In this document: positions 59,383-59,793 of the stretch, one piece after another
Numbering within the stretch: position 1 is the stretch's first letter
Layout: each line of letters opens with the position of its first letter
NCBI GenBank assembly: GCA_018692355.1
Contig: JABHKE010000075.1
Span: 1 to 59,793 of the forward strand
DNA length: 59,793 nt
Source: Fidelibacterota bacterium
GTDB taxonomy: Bacteria > Fidelibacterota > Marinisomatia > Marinisomatales > UBA1611
Reading direction: 5' to 3'
Position numbers and translations under genes: made by a program
Notes under the pieces: generated by a model
Databases searched by the model: none
Told to the model about the DNA's origin: nothing
The model's input: the letters and a program-made list of their open reading frames with translations, nothing else

Positions 59383-59407
59383 AAATAAAAAACGCCCTAA
59401 AGGGCGC
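59383..59407 (-). terminator. Rho-independent terminator downstream of the HtrA-like gene
   Basis: The minus-strand RNA reads CGCCC-UUUA-GGGCG followed by UUUUUUAUUU. Confidence 0.6.
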
Positions 59408-59429
59408 CATTTATTAAAAACTGGTTAAT

Positions 59430-59793
59430 TTATTCAAAGTTAAGCGTATAGAACCTGGAACCTCCATTTGGTTTCTTTACTAACACAAGTATAGCACTTC
59501 TCTCACGAGATTTTTCCACCAATCGATTGAAATGTTTCACAGAAGTTACTTTTTCAGTACCCACGCGTTTTATAATATCTCCCTCACGAATCCCTTTTTC
59601 ATACGCTTCTCCATTGGGATCAATTCGAATGACAACCAAAACACCATTTTCCTTAAGATCATATTTTTCTTTGAGCGAATCAGTGATTTTTTTTAGCTGT
59701 AAACCAAACTCATTTGACTTAACTCTTTCATTGGTTGCATATTGCTGGGGGTTATCAGGCAGTTCCTCCAGGACTACTTTCACAGTTTTTGGA
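59430..59793 (-). CDS. 3' end of an HtrA/DegP-family serine protease gene (C-terminal PDZ domain only; the gene continues beyond the right edge)
   Basis: The frame is open to the window edge, and the GTG at 59783 is only the track's first possible start. The PDZ pattern GVLVVIRIDPNGEAYEKGIREGDIIKRVGTEKVTS...LV is present. Confidence 0.65.
   Translation of the reverse strand, partial: PKTVKVVLEELPDNPQQYATNERVKSNEFGLQLKKITDSLKEKYDLKENGVLVVIRIDPNGEAYEKGIREGDIIKRVGTEKVTSVKHFNRLVEKSRERSAILVLVKKPNGGSRFYTLNFE

Overview
This is an AT-rich, densely coding bacterial chromosomal segment with about 57 protein genes, most of them housekeeping. All calls come from reading the six-frame translations and the DNA by eye. 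No homology search, covariance-model search or GC computation was run.

I found no rRNA, tRNA, CRISPR array, prophage or recognisable defence genes.

Layout:
- **Left edge:** the 5' end of an IS1595-like transposase gene, reading out of the window.
- **Plus-strand block, 2.1-17.1 kb:** dusB, pruA, arcC, sucCD and ndk. Next comes a SPOR lipoprotein plus a Cys-rich membrane protein, both with poly-acidic segments. The block ends with the canonical yceD-rpmF-plsX-fabH-fabD-fabG-acpP-fabF-rnc cluster. rpmF is below the ORF-track length cutoff and was found by hand.
- **Mostly minus-strand block, 17.1-59.8 kb:**
  - sugar-phosphate and isoprenoid genes
  - an aminotransferase/ornithine cyclodeaminase pair
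  - membrane proteins: DUF819, a BI-1 family protein, an M48 protease, an AGCS symporter, NhaC and LptF/G
  - a tightly overlapped trhO-GST-acylase-TlpA-Trx operon
  - murQ and prmA
  - a giant putative lipoprotein translationally coupled to a FadL/PorV-like barrel
  - the methyl-cycle cluster metH-metF-metK-ahcY
  - hpf, pckA, a Xer recombinase, rluD, lspA, a DksA-like protein, a type-2 ileS and the 3' end of an HtrA-like protease

The most interesting signal is non-coding and lies in the methyl-cycle cluster.
- The ahcY leader is a clear SAH riboswitch.
- The metK and metH leaders share a conserved motif that I cannot assign to a known class.
- In the metH leader this motif is followed by a terminator hairpin that abuts the ATG.

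Secondary candidates:
- the giant lipoprotein/barrel pair
- the acidic SPOR/membrane protein pair
- an unannotated 44-aa membrane ORF
- a divergent MetF-like protein

The gene content suggests a Gram-negative, possibly FCB-superphylum-like marine lineage. This is inference only.
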